From assembly GCA_040377305.1 (NCBI GenBank), contig JBEIPA010000007.1:32001-96000 (forward strand): a stretch of DNA of 64,000 nucleotides, written 5' to 3'. This DNA comes from Flavobacteriales bacterium (GTDB taxonomy: Bacteria > Bacteroidota > Bacteroidia > Palsa-965). A program made the translations under genes and the position numbers. The notes under the pieces are model-generated. The model worked only from the letters and a program-made list of their open reading frames with translations, was not told the origin of the DNA and did not search any database. Positions 8,916 through 19,120 of this stretch are shown in pieces. Each line of letters opens with the position of its first letter. Positions within the stretch are counted from its first letter, which is position 1.

Positions 8916-9854
8916 ATGGAAGAAAAGAAGAATAATGACCAAGAGAATAACAAGAAATTGCACCTCGTGTATTTACTGGTGATTTTCCTGTTAGGAGCCG
9001 CGTGTATTTATCTGGTTATGCAGGTTCGCGACCTCAAGGTGCAGGTGGTAGAAACTACAACCAACATCACGAATGTTATTCAGGAACGTGATGACGTAAC
9101 TTCGGATCTCGAAGCATTACGTGGACAGTATGAGCAATTGCAAACAACCGATGCTGCGCTGAACCTCGAACTCGAAGGCAAGAGAGCCTATATCGATTCA
9201 CTTCTTGTGGAAGCTGAAAAGCACAAAGGCGATAAAGCTATCATTGCAAAGCTGAAGAAGGAAACAGAAACGCTTCGTCGCATCATGCAAGGTTATGTGC
9301 GCACAATTGATTCATTGAATACACTCAACAATACGCTTCGCGATGAAAAGCAGCAAGTGCTGAATGAACTCGGTTCTGAAAAGGAAAAGAGCGCGAACAT
9401 CTCGAAGGAAAAAGACGGACTGCAGAGTCGCATCAATCAGGCTGCATTGCTTACAACGCTGAACGTGCGCGCATCCGGTGTGAATTCATCACGCGGCGGC
9501 AAAAAGGAATCGGAAACAAACAAAGCAAGCAAAGCAGACAAACTGAAAGTCTCATTTGATATTGCCGATAACGATCTCACGAAGGCGGGCGCACATACCG
9601 TGTACTTACGCATCATGACTCCGGACGGAAAAGAACTTACGAAGTCAGAAGATCCGGATCACCAGTTTACGTGGGGAGAAAACCGCGGCTTCTTTGCTGC
9701 GAGGAAATCAATCGACTATCAGAATCAGGCAATGACTGTGCTGATGTACGTAGACAAGCCGAATCCGGACAACGAATTCCTTCCGGGATCATACCGTGTC
9801 GAGATTGTATGCGATAACGCGATTATTGGCGAGACATCGTTTACGTTGCAATAG
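8916..9854 (+). CDS. Membrane-anchored coiled-coil protein with a C-terminal beta-sandwich
   Basis: N-terminal TM helix, long heptad region, beta-rich C-terminal domain. Confidence 0.8.
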   Translation: MEEKKNNDQENNKKLHLVYLLVIFLLGAACIYLVMQVRDLKVQVVETTTNITNVIQERDDVTSDLEALRGQYEQLQTTDAALNLELEGKRAYIDSLLVEAEKHKGDKAIIAKLKKETETLRRIMQGYVRTIDSLNTLNNTLRDEKQQVLNELGSEKEKSANISKEKDGLQSRINQAALLTTLNVRASGVNSSRGGKKESETNKASKADKLKVSFDIADNDLTKAGAHTVYLRIMTPDGKELTKSEDPDHQFTWGENRGFFAARKSIDYQNQAMTVLMYVDKPNPDNEFLPGSYRVEIVCDNAIIGETSFTLQ

Positions 9855-9869
9855 AAAATCAGAGCACAA

Positions 9870-9905
9870 AAAAGCGGCGCACTGTTCATTCAGCGCGCCG
9901 CTTTT
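9870..9905. terminator. Bidirectional intrinsic terminator
   Basis: aaaagcggcgc...gcgccgctttt between convergent genes. Confidence 0.8.
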
Positions 9906-9918
9906 CTATTTTGGGCTG

Positions 9919-11604
9919 TTACTCCTTGATAATTTTTAGTGTGCGGGAAGTGTTCGTTCCGCTAACCTTCAGAAAGTAAATTCCTGCAGGACGATCAGCA
10001 AGATCAATGGTGTATGAAAATGCAGTTCCTTCCGGGTTCACCAAACTGCTTTGCATGATGCGACCACCCGCATCCAATAATTCAATGGTATAAGGTTCGT
10101 TGTTGCTATCCTGAAAATTCAGTTGAACAGAGGATGCTGTTGGATTCGGGTAAAAGGAGAAATTGTTTTCCGTAGCATCCTCAATTCCCGTGAATGAATC
10201 AGTAACGATGAACTGCGCCATCATCCCATTGTCTTCGTGAACGAGGTTGTGACAATGATACATGTATGGCATTGTATCGTTTGCGAAGTCCTCAAACTTC
10301 ATGATAACCTGCACCACTTCATTCGGGAGGATATAAAAAACATCTTTCAGTCCTCCTTCATACGCAGGTGGTTGATTGCCGTTTCGCGATAGGATGTAAA
10401 ATGGCACATCGTGTATGTGAATGGGATGCGCAATATTCGTGTTGTTTGTGAATTGCCATACCTCCAGATTGTTCAGTGGAATGGTGTCGTTGATCACCAT
10501 CATGTCGAACGCAAGAAAATTGATTGTGAAATTGGCCATGGTCGCAAACATGCCATTTCCATCCAGAGTTTTGTATCGGAGTGTATTGACATTCGCAATA
10601 TTCCAGGGTGTAACGTTTATCAGCGAGGAGGGAATTGTCGTCACAGGATTTCCCGTAGGAGCAACAACGTTAATCTGCATGATACCAAAATTAGTGGCGT
10701 TCAGAACGCTCGCACCGTTGGGCATTCCGCCACCTCCGGGTTCATTGTTAGCGAACGCAGAAGCGTAACTCATCATCACGAAATTATTTCCCTGGTCATT
10801 GGTGAGATCAAGGAGAATTTCGAATCGCTCACCAGATGCAATTTTCAATCGTGTTACAGGAACAGGTTGGCTCAGCAAACCGCCATCGGATGCAATGACA
10901 TAGAACGTGCGATTATCGCTGAACCCGAGATTGTAGCTTCTCACATTTGATCCGTTCAACACCCGTAAACGAACAACTTGCGCCGGCGCATCGAGATACG
11001 CGTGCATCGTTCCATTCACAACCATGGAATCTGCTAATCCATCAACGATCAAATCACCATTTGCATTGAACGTGCGATCCTGCAACACAACCGGAATATC
11101 ATCTGTTCCATACGTGCGCGGTAAATTCAAAGCGGCTTCAACCGTGTCTTTCACAATAATCATCCCAGCGAGACCCATATAAACCTGAGTGCCGGTGTTC
11201 ATGTGTAAATGCGGATGATACCAGCACGTAGACGCTGCATTGCGGATTCCGAATCCAACTTGCCAGGTTGTACCGGCATTAATTACATTATGCGGACCAC
11301 CATCCATTGTTGCAGGAATATGTAGTCCGTGCCAGTGCATTGTTGTAGTTTGTGTGAGATTATTCACCACAGCGATATTTACCGAATCATCTTTGTTCAC
11401 CACGAGTGTGGGTCCGAGATACGAACCGTTCACGCCATACGTAGCTGTATTATTCGCTCCAAAGAAATGATGTGAAGAATCGGCAACTGTGAGCGTGAAG
11501 TTGTTTCCGGAAATAGCAGCAGGAATTGCCAACGGGTTGTAGTACAACTGGGCATTTAACAGGGTTGTACAGGAAGTCGCGAGGAAGAGAAATAAGATTT
11601 TCAT
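9919..11604 (-). CDS. Multicopper oxidase (CueO/bilirubin oxidase-like) with T9SS type A CTD
   Basis: HWHG, WYHPH, HPIHIH, HCHNLVHEDNGMM copper motifs; YPNP...GIYFLKV...KIIK tail. Confidence 0.93.
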   Translation of the reverse strand: MKILFLFLATSCTTLLNAQLYYNPLAIPAAISGNNFTLTVADSSHHFFGANNTATYGVNGSYLGPTLVVNKDDSVNIAVVNNLTQTTTMHWHGLHIPATMDGGPHNVINAGTTWQVGFGIRNAASTCWYHPHLHMNTGTQVYMGLAGMIIVKDTVEAALNLPRTYGTDDIPVVLQDRTFNANGDLIVDGLADSMVVNGTMHAYLDAPAQVVRLRVLNGSNVRSYNLGFSDNRTFYVIASDGGLLSQPVPVTRLKIASGERFEILLDLTNDQGNNFVMMSYASAFANNEPGGGGMPNGASVLNATNFGIMQINVVAPTGNPVTTIPSSLINVTPWNIANVNTLRYKTLDGNGMFATMANFTINFLAFDMMVINDTIPLNNLEVWQFTNNTNIAHPIHIHDVPFYILSRNGNQPPAYEGGLKDVFYILPNEVVQVIMKFEDFANDTMPYMYHCHNLVHEDNGMMAQFIVTDSFTGIEDATENNFSFYPNPTASSVQLNFQDSNNEPYTIELLDAGGRIMQSSLVNPEGTAFSYTIDLADRPAGIYFLKVSGTNTSRTLKIIKE

Positions 11605-11689
11605 AGCGATCAAAACTAGGAAATGAATGGTGATGATCACATGACGGAAATCAGGTAACGGATGTCACGGTACTATTCGGGTTCCATTC

Positions 11690-11947
11690 TAAATCGCGTC
11701 AGCGATCACGCCGTGTCCAAATGGGCAATGGGCATTAGCACCTAACACCTCCGTTTCACCGCGTCGCCGTGTAAAGCGTCGCAGACAACCACTAATTCGC
11801 AAACACCATACTCTTCCTGTCCACTAGTAAATCGCTTCAGCGATCACGCCGTGTCCAAATGGGCAATGGGCATTAGCACCTAACACCTCCGTTTCACCGC
11901 GTCGCCGTGTAAAGCGTCGCAGACAACCACTAATTCGCAAACACCAT
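11690..11947. repeat. 120-bp tandem direct repeat (period 138) including the last codons of the M28 gene
   Basis: 11690-11809 vs 11828-11947 differ at 1 position; partial third copy at 8019-8105. Confidence 0.9.
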
Positions 11948-13660
11948 CGATTTCGTTTCAACGGTTGTTCCATCAATCACCAGCGAATAGAAGAAAGTTC
12001 CTGTCGCGCCATAACCATGCGTGTACAGCACTTCATTCAATCCCGGTTGTAACGTCAGCGGAATTTCTTCCACGAGTCTTCCCTGCAAATCGGTTATTGT
12101 AAGCGATGCTTTCTTGTACGACGGCATCTGATCAACCTGGAAGAGTATGTACGTTGCTTCGTCAAACGGATTCGGTTGATTCTGCATGAGGGAAACTCCC
12201 GGAATCATCTGTTCGTATTCCTCGATTCCAACCGGAGAAATCTGAATCTCACGCGAAGGAATACTTTCAATTCCATTCGTATCAACCGACATTACGCTCA
12301 CACGATACCATGCTGCTGTGGGAACATCAATGGTGTCTGTCAATGTTCCGGTGAAGGTGTAAACGGAATCCCAATCGTTCGTTAATGTGCGAACACCAAC
12401 ACGATACGTTGCGTATTGCGTTTGTTGTGTGATCGTCACTACGAGATCACTGTCATTCACACCAAGAACAAAATCCGGAATCTTCGGACCGATCGCAGCC
12501 ATCGCAATTGCATTCGCGTTGATCACCGTGTTTCTGGCGAGGTAATTGAAATCGATGTAGAAACTGTCGACGATCTGATCGTTGTTGGTATCGACTCCGA
12601 GTGTATCGCGATAACTGTGCTGCCGATCGCTGTAACCCGGTTGGGATACATCTGCATCGCCGTGTTCATTCGCTGCTGTCAGGCGCATGGCCGTGAATAA
12701 ATTCTGCCGGAACGGAATATGATCACCACCGCGACCGGTTCTGTCTTCCGGCGACTGTATGCGTATATCCGTTTGCACGGCGACGAACGGAGCAATTTCT
12801 TCTTTGTATTCGAGCTTGATAAAACGGCAATAGCCTTTGTGTGGAGAGTTGAAGCTCCCTGCAGAAAACAAACGCACGCCAACACTGTCGATGTGTCCCA
12901 ATCCCGGACAGCTCGGTGCAGAAGAAGTAATTCCACACATGATTCCACCGGTAACATCGTTGTTCTGTACGGCAGCAATCGGAATGTCGAGTTGATTGCA
13001 ATAATCTGCGAATGCTTCTGCACCATACAAACCTTGCTCTTCGCCAATCGTAACGAGAAAGACGATCGTGTGATTGTAACTGTATTTGCTCATCACACGC
13101 GCGAGTTCAATGACCAATGCAGTTCCGGTTGCGTTGTCTTCCACACCTTCTGCCTGGCACAACGAATCGCACAAGCTCTCACAACGCGAATCCATGTGTG
13201 CTTCTACAAAAATCACGCGATGGTCGGCAGTGTCCATTCCCGGAAGCACCGCGAAAATATTCCTGTGTTGCGGTGTTGTGCAAATCAATTGATCAAATTG
13301 CAGATACGAGGGAATCAATCGATTCTCATTCGCCAAACTAAACTCCATGAACTTCTGGTAAACCCAACGTCGCGACGCACCAACACCAAACGTATTCGAC
13401 ACCGTATCAGAACCTGTATTGCGATTCCCGAACGAAGCCAACGTGATGATATAACTCTTCAGCGAATCTGGATTTACTTCCGACATGATTCCTGTGGCAA
13501 TACTATCCGGATGATTGATCACAGTGCTCGCCATAAACTGCGCTGGATCGTAATTTCCGCGCATCACATCTTCTGCGAGTGGAGTGGTGGAGATGATGTT
13601 GGTTTGGGAATAACCGGCGAATGGAATTGCGAAGAATAAAAGGATGTAGATATGTTTCAT
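11930..13660 (-). CDS. M28 family metallopeptidase with T9SS CTD
   Basis: AHMDSR, GVEDNATG, GEEQGLYGA, GDHIPF; QNQPNPF-type CTD. Confidence 0.9.
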   Translation of the reverse strand: MKHIYILLFFAIPFAGYSQTNIISTTPLAEDVMRGNYDPAQFMASTVINHPDSIATGIMSEVNPDSLKSYIITLASFGNRNTGSDTVSNTFGVGASRRWVYQKFMEFSLANENRLIPSYLQFDQLICTTPQHRNIFAVLPGMDTADHRVIFVEAHMDSRCESLCDSLCQAEGVEDNATGTALVIELARVMSKYSYNHTIVFLVTIGEEQGLYGAEAFADYCNQLDIPIAAVQNNDVTGGIMCGITSSAPSCPGLGHIDSVGVRLFSAGSFNSPHKGYCRFIKLEYKEEIAPFVAVQTDIRIQSPEDRTGRGGDHIPFRQNLFTAMRLTAANEHGDADVSQPGYSDRQHSYRDTLGVDTNNDQIVDSFYIDFNYLARNTVINANAIAMAAIGPKIPDFVLGVNDSDLVVTITQQTQYATYRVGVRTLTNDWDSVYTFTGTLTDTIDVPTAAWYRVSVMSVDTNGIESIPSREIQISPVGIEEYEQMIPGVSLMQNQPNPFDEATYILFQVDQMPSYKKASLTITDLQGRLVEEIPLTLQPGLNEVLYTHGYGATGTFFYSLVIDGTTVETKSMVFAN

Positions 13661-13733
13661 GGCAACCACAAGTTACAAATTCCGTCATTGTTTTGAGAAT
13701 CACCTGTTCCAGACTAATTTGCAGACACTTCGT

Positions 13734-14393
13734 ATGCGCTCAAGACTAGCCATTTTCATTTTGCTTTATTCTTCGATGGCTTACGCTCAATCATCGAGTC
13801 CAATCATTTGGGCATTTGGTCTCGGGGGCTCTGCAGGTTACCAGCAACCACGTTACGTCGACACCGACTTTTCCGGAATTGACAACTTCAGTTATCAAAG
13901 CAAATTACAATGGCTTGGAGCAGTAAACGTTCGAATGTATCCGGATGATAGATTCTGTATTCAATTTTCTACAGGAATGCGCGACGCCGGCTGGAGAAAG
14001 GTTAATGATGATCCTTCACTGGAACCACATTGGCTTCGAACAGACTATTCCTTCTTGTATACGTTCATGGATGTTTCAATAGGCACTGGCTTCGGTCGCA
14101 AAAATCCATTGCTGCATCCAACGTTCGGCTTCACACAACAATTTGCGATTTCAAGTCGCGAGAAAACTTATTACGAAGACGGTCACACGGAATCTTCAGA
14201 AGCGCGCCTCGTTCCAAACAAGTATCCGAACTCAATTTACATCGCATTTAATTACACATGGAATGTTGGCGCCCATTCCGACATCGGATTTCAGTATCGC
14301 TGTGAAGTAGGTATCAAGAAGTACCATGATGTTATTGTGCGCAGTCCACAAATTCAGCATAGCGTAGGTGTTAACTACCATTTCTCGTTGTAG
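13734..14393 (+). CDS. Outer membrane beta-barrel protein (hypothetical)
   Basis: Signal peptide, alternating beta-strand pattern, C-terminal VGVNYHF. Confidence 0.65.
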   Translation: MRSRLAIFILLYSSMAYAQSSSPIIWAFGLGGSAGYQQPRYVDTDFSGIDNFSYQSKLQWLGAVNVRMYPDDRFCIQFSTGMRDAGWRKVNDDPSLEPHWLRTDYSFLYTFMDVSIGTGFGRKNPLLHPTFGFTQQFAISSREKTYYEDGHTESSEARLVPNKYPNSIYIAFNYTWNVGAHSDIGFQYRCEVGIKKYHDVIVRSPQIQHSVGVNYHFSL

Positions 14394-14427
14394 ATTTTTC
14401 TCGCCAAAATGTGCACACAGAAAAAAA

Positions 14428-14502
14428 CAGATCAAACGGATTAGCACGGATTTGCCTGTGGTTTTTTGACTGCCTACTGCATGACTGCACTACTGCCTAC
14501 TG
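14428..14502. repeat. Adjacent repeat arms: an ACGGATT-type arm and a CTACTG-type arm
   Basis: acagatcaaacggattagcacggattt, then gactgcctactgcatgactgcactactgcctactg ending 1 bp from the next stop codon. Confidence 0.65.
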
Positions 14503-14503
14503 T

Positions 14504-17500
14504 TTAAAACATCGCCCTCACCTGCGCCGTCCCCGTATGTATCGGCTTATTATCCGGCGTCTTCCTTCCTTCATAGCCCAATGTCAATTGCAATCCACCA
14601 CCCAGCGATTGTTGCCAGCCCGCTTTCCAGGTAAAATTTTCTCCGGGCTTTAGTCCTTCGAGCATTTCGTAGCCTATGGTGGAATTTACGGTGCCGTCAT
14701 AAGCGATTCGGAAGTAATTGAATTCTGCATCAAGCGAACCTTTCGATGCTTTAGTCGCGCGAAACTCAACACCGAATTTCTGAATAGCTGTTTTTTCTCC
14801 ACCGAGATCGGCATCGTTTTTCTTCTCAGAGTAACGGTACAGCAAACTCACCCGGAAAGTTGTTCCCGGTTGGTAACTCAACTTTGGTTCGGCATCGAAA
14901 TAGTTGATGAAGTAATTCCGCGTAGAGAAATATTCGGAAGTGTTGGATTTTTTACCGCGCTTGTATTCGGTGATGAGTGAGAATGCACGGGTTACGTTCC
15001 AGCGTACACGAACCTGGTTGTACTCGTTGCCGCGAGATTCCAATCCATTGGTGAGAAGATTTTTCCCTTTCACACTCTGCCACGTGTGATCAATGCCAAA
15101 CTTGCTCGAAAGCTGATTGAAGAAAACCGTGTTGCGAACTGTTGCGTTCAATGTCACGAGTGCAGTATCACCGGCATCATCGATCTGCGGGAGATACGCG
15201 TGTTCGAACTGTTCACTCTGTGTTTTGCGATCAACGCGATATGCTGCCTGATCAGAAAAGCGTGTGAGGAATTTGCGGAATCCTTTTTTGCTCTGCCAGG
15301 TCTGCGGTGTGCGCAAACGAATGCTCTGTGAAAACTGATTCGTGTACACTTTTACATACTGATTCGTCGGCGTGTAAACGCGGATGTATAGCGCCTGATC
15401 AGAGAACAACGCGATTTCAAATTCGTTGAGCTCTTTCACGCCGTTGCTGTTGTAGTCGGTCCACGCATACGCGCCTTGCCCTGCCGGAACTTCGAGGTAG
15501 AAAAACTCTTTCTTCACTTCGAGGCCCGAGCCAGCTTCGTAGAACGTGTTGAGATCGATGGCTCCTTTGAACAGTTTGATGGAGTATTCGATACGACCGA
15601 CCACCGTATTATCCGGTTGTGATTGCGTGATGAGATAATTCCGGATGTCGAGCTTACGATAACTTGCGGTGATGTTCAGGCGTTGATTCTTCAGCTGATT
15701 AAATCCAACAGTAGCACCGATGTTTTCACCGAACGTAGCCAGATCAAGTTTGGTGTTCATCGGCAACCAATCACTGCGTTGTTTGTAGAATCCGCGAACG
15801 AATGTTTTGGATGAATCACCAATGAGCATGTACGATTCCCATTCGATGTAGCCGAAACTTTGCGCTTGTAGTGTATCGCTGTTGGGACGATGTACATTGC
15901 TGAATTCAATTTCTTCCCAACCGCCAATGGAAATATGCTTCGTCAGCGGAATTGAAATCTGCGCACGCTGGCGACTAAAATCGGTTTTACCATACGCGCC
16001 GGTGGATGTCAGGTAACTCGCATTAAGTGTTGCACGAACACGCTTGTGATTCACGCCCAAAAGAATTCCGTTTTTGATTCCGGTGTACTGCGCGCCTTCG
16101 TTGAACGCAGAAAAATCGTAACCGGTGATGAATTTGCCCTTCGTTGATGCATAACGGAAATTCGAAATCACCATGTGTTGATCTGTACTCGGCTTGCGTG
16201 TCGAATTCCAACCCAGATTCCAGTCGCGTTCGAATTCAACGGGACGATACCGTTCTACAAACGTGAAGTTCTTGCTCATGTACTCGTACTTCACGGCTAG
16301 CGAAAACTCAACTGAATCATTCACCCGGAATTTCTTTCTGTAACCGAACGATCCGGCGTAACCCTGATCGTCTTCACTGTTGATCGGTGAAAAAGTATTC
16401 AGATCGTAATTGCTCAACGCTGCTTCTGCCGTGATGCCACCTGATTTGGTGTTGCGTTCTCCACCGAAAGTCACCATCTGTCGTTTCTTCGGTGTCACGA
16501 TCAAAATCACAGGCTCGTAATCGCCTTGCGGAACTCCATTCACCGGGGCAGTCCACTCAAACACTTTACCGTTCGCGGCAGAAGTAATCTGCCGATAGTT
16601 TCCGTTGTTCGGACCCACATACGAGAATGCAGCACGCCAATGCGCAAGTTCAGAATCGGTCGAGTACACAAACACATTCGGATAAAGAACAGCATTCACT
16701 AACGTATCCACTTGTCGGTATCGTACTTCCGTATCAGAGAATCCAACACTATCAGAACCCGGGATCACCGCCTGATTCAATGTATCACCAACTTCCGAGA
16801 GAATGAGAACGTCATTCGGCGTGAGCGATTGTTGTACCGGTTGGTTCTTGTGATCCTGTTCGGAGTAAACATTGAGTGTAAAGCGAGTGGTTTTCAGCGG
16901 AATGTTTTTGCCATTATCAATTCCGGGCATAGGTGAAGTATTTTGCCAGGTAATTGCGCTATGAATCAGGGAGCGTGAATAATTTCTGTCGCTGTACTGA
17001 AACTCCACAACAATCCGCTTGTCTTTCGTGATGAGCTGCTTCGCGGTGAACGTAACTTCTGCCGTGTTGTAGTCGATGATGTAATCGTTGTCTTGTCCGC
17101 GTACCATCAGCCTTCCATCGACAAAAACTTTCTCCGTTCCCGAAAGCACAATGATGAACAATTCATTCTCTGCACCACGCAGGCGATACGGACCTTGATT
17201 TCCTTCTACGCCCTGAATAACATTTCGCGCAAATTTTCCTTTCGAAAGTGCTGCAGCTCCGGAGACGCGCAGTTTCGTTCCGAGTGAGTCATTTTTAGTT
17301 CCAACAACCGGACGTGCTGGCGATTGTCTTTCGTTCTGTGTGATGGGAACAACTGTGGTGAACGATAAACCTTGTCCGCGCTTGTTGAATTTCATGAAGT
17401 ACGAATTCGGCCGCTCCGTAAAAAAATCTCCTGCAATCAACTTGGTAGTCGGCGATGAAATCTGAATGAAGACGCGATCGAATTCCTGAAGCTGCTGCGT

Positions 17501-18064
17501 TGTTCCGTCGGCTTGTATGGGAAGATTGTCGTCTGTCGCAACCATCATCAGGTCGACATTGTCCGTAAGCCTACCTGAAATCTGCAGATTCAAATTCGAG
17601 TTAACGGAAACATCGCGCGTATTTCCGAATGAAATTCCCCGCGACAAACTTCCGCTCTTGTTCAGTCCGCCCATTGCAAACGGATCTTCGGTTTTCGATT
17701 TCGGATTATACGTAAACGGATTCACACGATTGTCCGGACTCGATGTCATTGCTCCCTGATTCTTGTGCGATCGTTCCTGCACAAACAAAAGCGGAAATAC
17801 ATCATACGAAACGGTGATGCTGTCTGCGCTTGTGTTTTTCAGAATCAGCAATGCAGCGGGAGTATTCAGCGTGTAGTCAACCGAATCAACCAGCGTGCGC
17901 GAACCAATTTTCGCTTTGAATGTTCCCGGAATTACACTGAGCGTGTCGATTTGTATTGTATCGTTAGTCGCCGAAAAAGTTTTTTCGCGTTTAGGAAAAA
18001 ATCCTTGCGACGAAGCGTCAACCGCACAGAACACCAATAACAATACAATGAAGATGCGGATCAT
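14504..18064 (-). CDS. Large conserved Bacteroidota outer membrane protein (hypothetical)
   Basis: Signal peptide; SGSLSRGISFGN, G.TQQLQEFD, GNQGPYRL, DYIIDYNTAE; ends QVRAMF. Confidence 0.85.
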   Translation of the reverse strand: MIRIFIVLLLVFCAVDASSQGFFPKREKTFSATNDTIQIDTLSVIPGTFKAKIGSRTLVDSVDYTLNTPAALLILKNTSADSITVSYDVFPLLFVQERSHKNQGAMTSSPDNRVNPFTYNPKSKTEDPFAMGGLNKSGSLSRGISFGNTRDVSVNSNLNLQISGRLTDNVDLMMVATDDNLPIQADGTTQQLQEFDRVFIQISSPTTKLIAGDFFTERPNSYFMKFNKRGQGLSFTTVVPITQNERQSPARPVVGTKNDSLGTKLRVSGAAALSKGKFARNVIQGVEGNQGPYRLRGAENELFIIVLSGTEKVFVDGRLMVRGQDNDYIIDYNTAEVTFTAKQLITKDKRIVVEFQYSDRNYSRSLIHSAITWQNTSPMPGIDNGKNIPLKTTRFTLNVYSEQDHKNQPVQQSLTPNDVLILSEVGDTLNQAVIPGSDSVGFSDTEVRYRQVDTLVNAVLYPNVFVYSTDSELAHWRAAFSYVGPNNGNYRQITSAANGKVFEWTAPVNGVPQGDYEPVILIVTPKKRQMVTFGGERNTKSGGITAEAALSNYDLNTFSPINSEDDQGYAGSFGYRKKFRVNDSVEFSLAVKYEYMSKNFTFVERYRPVEFERDWNLGWNSTRKPSTDQHMVISNFRYASTKGKFITGYDFSAFNEGAQYTGIKNGILLGVNHKRVRATLNASYLTSTGAYGKTDFSRQRAQISIPLTKHISIGGWEEIEFSNVHRPNSDTLQAQSFGYIEWESYMLIGDSSKTFVRGFYKQRSDWLPMNTKLDLATFGENIGATVGFNQLKNQRLNITASYRKLDIRNYLITQSQPDNTVVGRIEYSIKLFKGAIDLNTFYEAGSGLEVKKEFFYLEVPAGQGAYAWTDYNSNGVKELNEFEIALFSDQALYIRVYTPTNQYVKVYTNQFSQSIRLRTPQTWQSKKGFRKFLTRFSDQAAYRVDRKTQSEQFEHAYLPQIDDAGDTALVTLNATVRNTVFFNQLSSKFGIDHTWQSVKGKNLLTNGLESRGNEYNQVRVRWNVTRAFSLITEYKRGKKSNTSEYFSTRNYFINYFDAEPKLSYQPGTTFRVSLLYRYSEKKNDADLGGEKTAIQKFGVEFRATKASKGSLDAEFNYFRIAYDGTVNSTIGYEMLEGLKPGENFTWKAGWQQSLGGGLQLTLGYEGRKTPDNKPIHTGTAQVRAMF

Positions 18065-18128
18065 TCGTCGTATAAAGTTAAGGCTATTCGCGCTCAGTTT
18101 TGGTTTCATCTGTAATCCGCAATCAGAA

Positions 18129-18174
18129 CTTTGCGGTCCTCTGCGCCTTTGCGCCTCTGCGGTTTGCTGACCAT
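18129..18174. repeat. 46-bp CTCTGCG/CTTTGCG dispersed repeat
   Basis: 43/46 match to the reverse complement of 46863-46908. Confidence 0.8.
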
Positions 18175-18249
18175 GTTAATCTTGGGTCTCACAAAACTGA
18201 GTACCGAGCACGAGGAACATTTACCTTCGGGCTTTTCAAACGCAAAAGC

Positions 18250-19017
18250 ATGACAAAAATTGTCTCCTACAACGTTAACGGCATTCGTGCAGCATTGGGA
18301 AAAGGTTGGATCGAATGGCTGCAGCAGGAAGATCCCGATATCGTGATGCTTCAGGAGATAAAAGCGGAACAGACTCAACTCGATTTATCGGTGTTTGCGA
18401 AAGCAGGATACGAGCACACCTATTGGCATTCGGCAGAGAAAAAAGGCTACAGCGGAGTTGCAATACTCTCGAAGAAAAAGCCCGTTCACGTTGAAGTGGG
18501 TTGCGGCAACAAAATCTACGATTCGGAAGGAAGAATTTTGCGTGCCGATTACAGCGATTTCTCTGTGATGAGTTTGTATTTGCCTTCAGGTACAACCGGA
18601 GAAATACGCCAGCAGTTCAAATACGAATGCATGGACTTTTTCCAGTTGTATATAGACAAGCTTAAGAAGGAAAAACCCAATCTCGTTATTGGTGGCGACT
18701 GGAATATCTGTCACCGTGAAATCGATATTCACAATCCGAAAACCAACGCAAACTCGAGTGGATTTTTACCTGAAGAACGCGCATGGATTGGTCGTTTCAT
18801 TGACAGTGGCTTCATCGACACGTTCCGTCATTTCAACAAGGAACCGCACAACTATACATGGTGGACCTTCCGTGCAAACGCCAGGGCCAAGAATCTTGGG
18901 TGGCGTATCGATTATCATATGGCCACAGAAGGAATGCAGAAGGAACTGACTGCTGCAGCGATCTTATCAGACGTGAAACACTCGGATCATTGTCCGATTT
19001 CACTGACAATCAGGTAA
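18250..19017 (+). CDS. xth: Exodeoxyribonuclease III
   Basis: SYNVNGIRA, LQEIK, GYSGVA, GDWN, GWRIDY, SDHCP. Confidence 0.96.
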   Translation: MTKIVSYNVNGIRAALGKGWIEWLQQEDPDIVMLQEIKAEQTQLDLSVFAKAGYEHTYWHSAEKKGYSGVAILSKKKPVHVEVGCGNKIYDSEGRILRADYSDFSVMSLYLPSGTTGEIRQQFKYECMDFFQLYIDKLKKEKPNLVIGGDWNICHREIDIHNPKTNANSSGFLPEERAWIGRFIDSGFIDTFRHFNKEPHNYTWWTFRANARAKNLGWRIDYHMATEGMQKELTAAAILSDVKHSDHCPISLTIR

Positions 19018-19120
19018 GTACCACTCTTTTCATAAAAATAGGCTCCGCTTGTCATTGAGGACCCCGCTCTATGCGTTTTTTGCCTATTTTTAGCGCTGAA
19101 AACGCCAGAACCCATTTATT

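Noticed and set aside
11690-11947. Possible CRISPR array (repeat-spacer-repeat)
   Set aside because: Repeats are 120 bp with one 18-bp spacer, include a gene end, and no cas genes are present
12719-13639. 306-aa plus-strand ORF
   Set aside because: Antisense shadow of the M28 peptidase with no motifs
18100-18249. N-terminal extension of xth, and likewise 26816-26989 of the S66 gene
   Set aside because: These read through repeat elements; the family-typical starts are downstream
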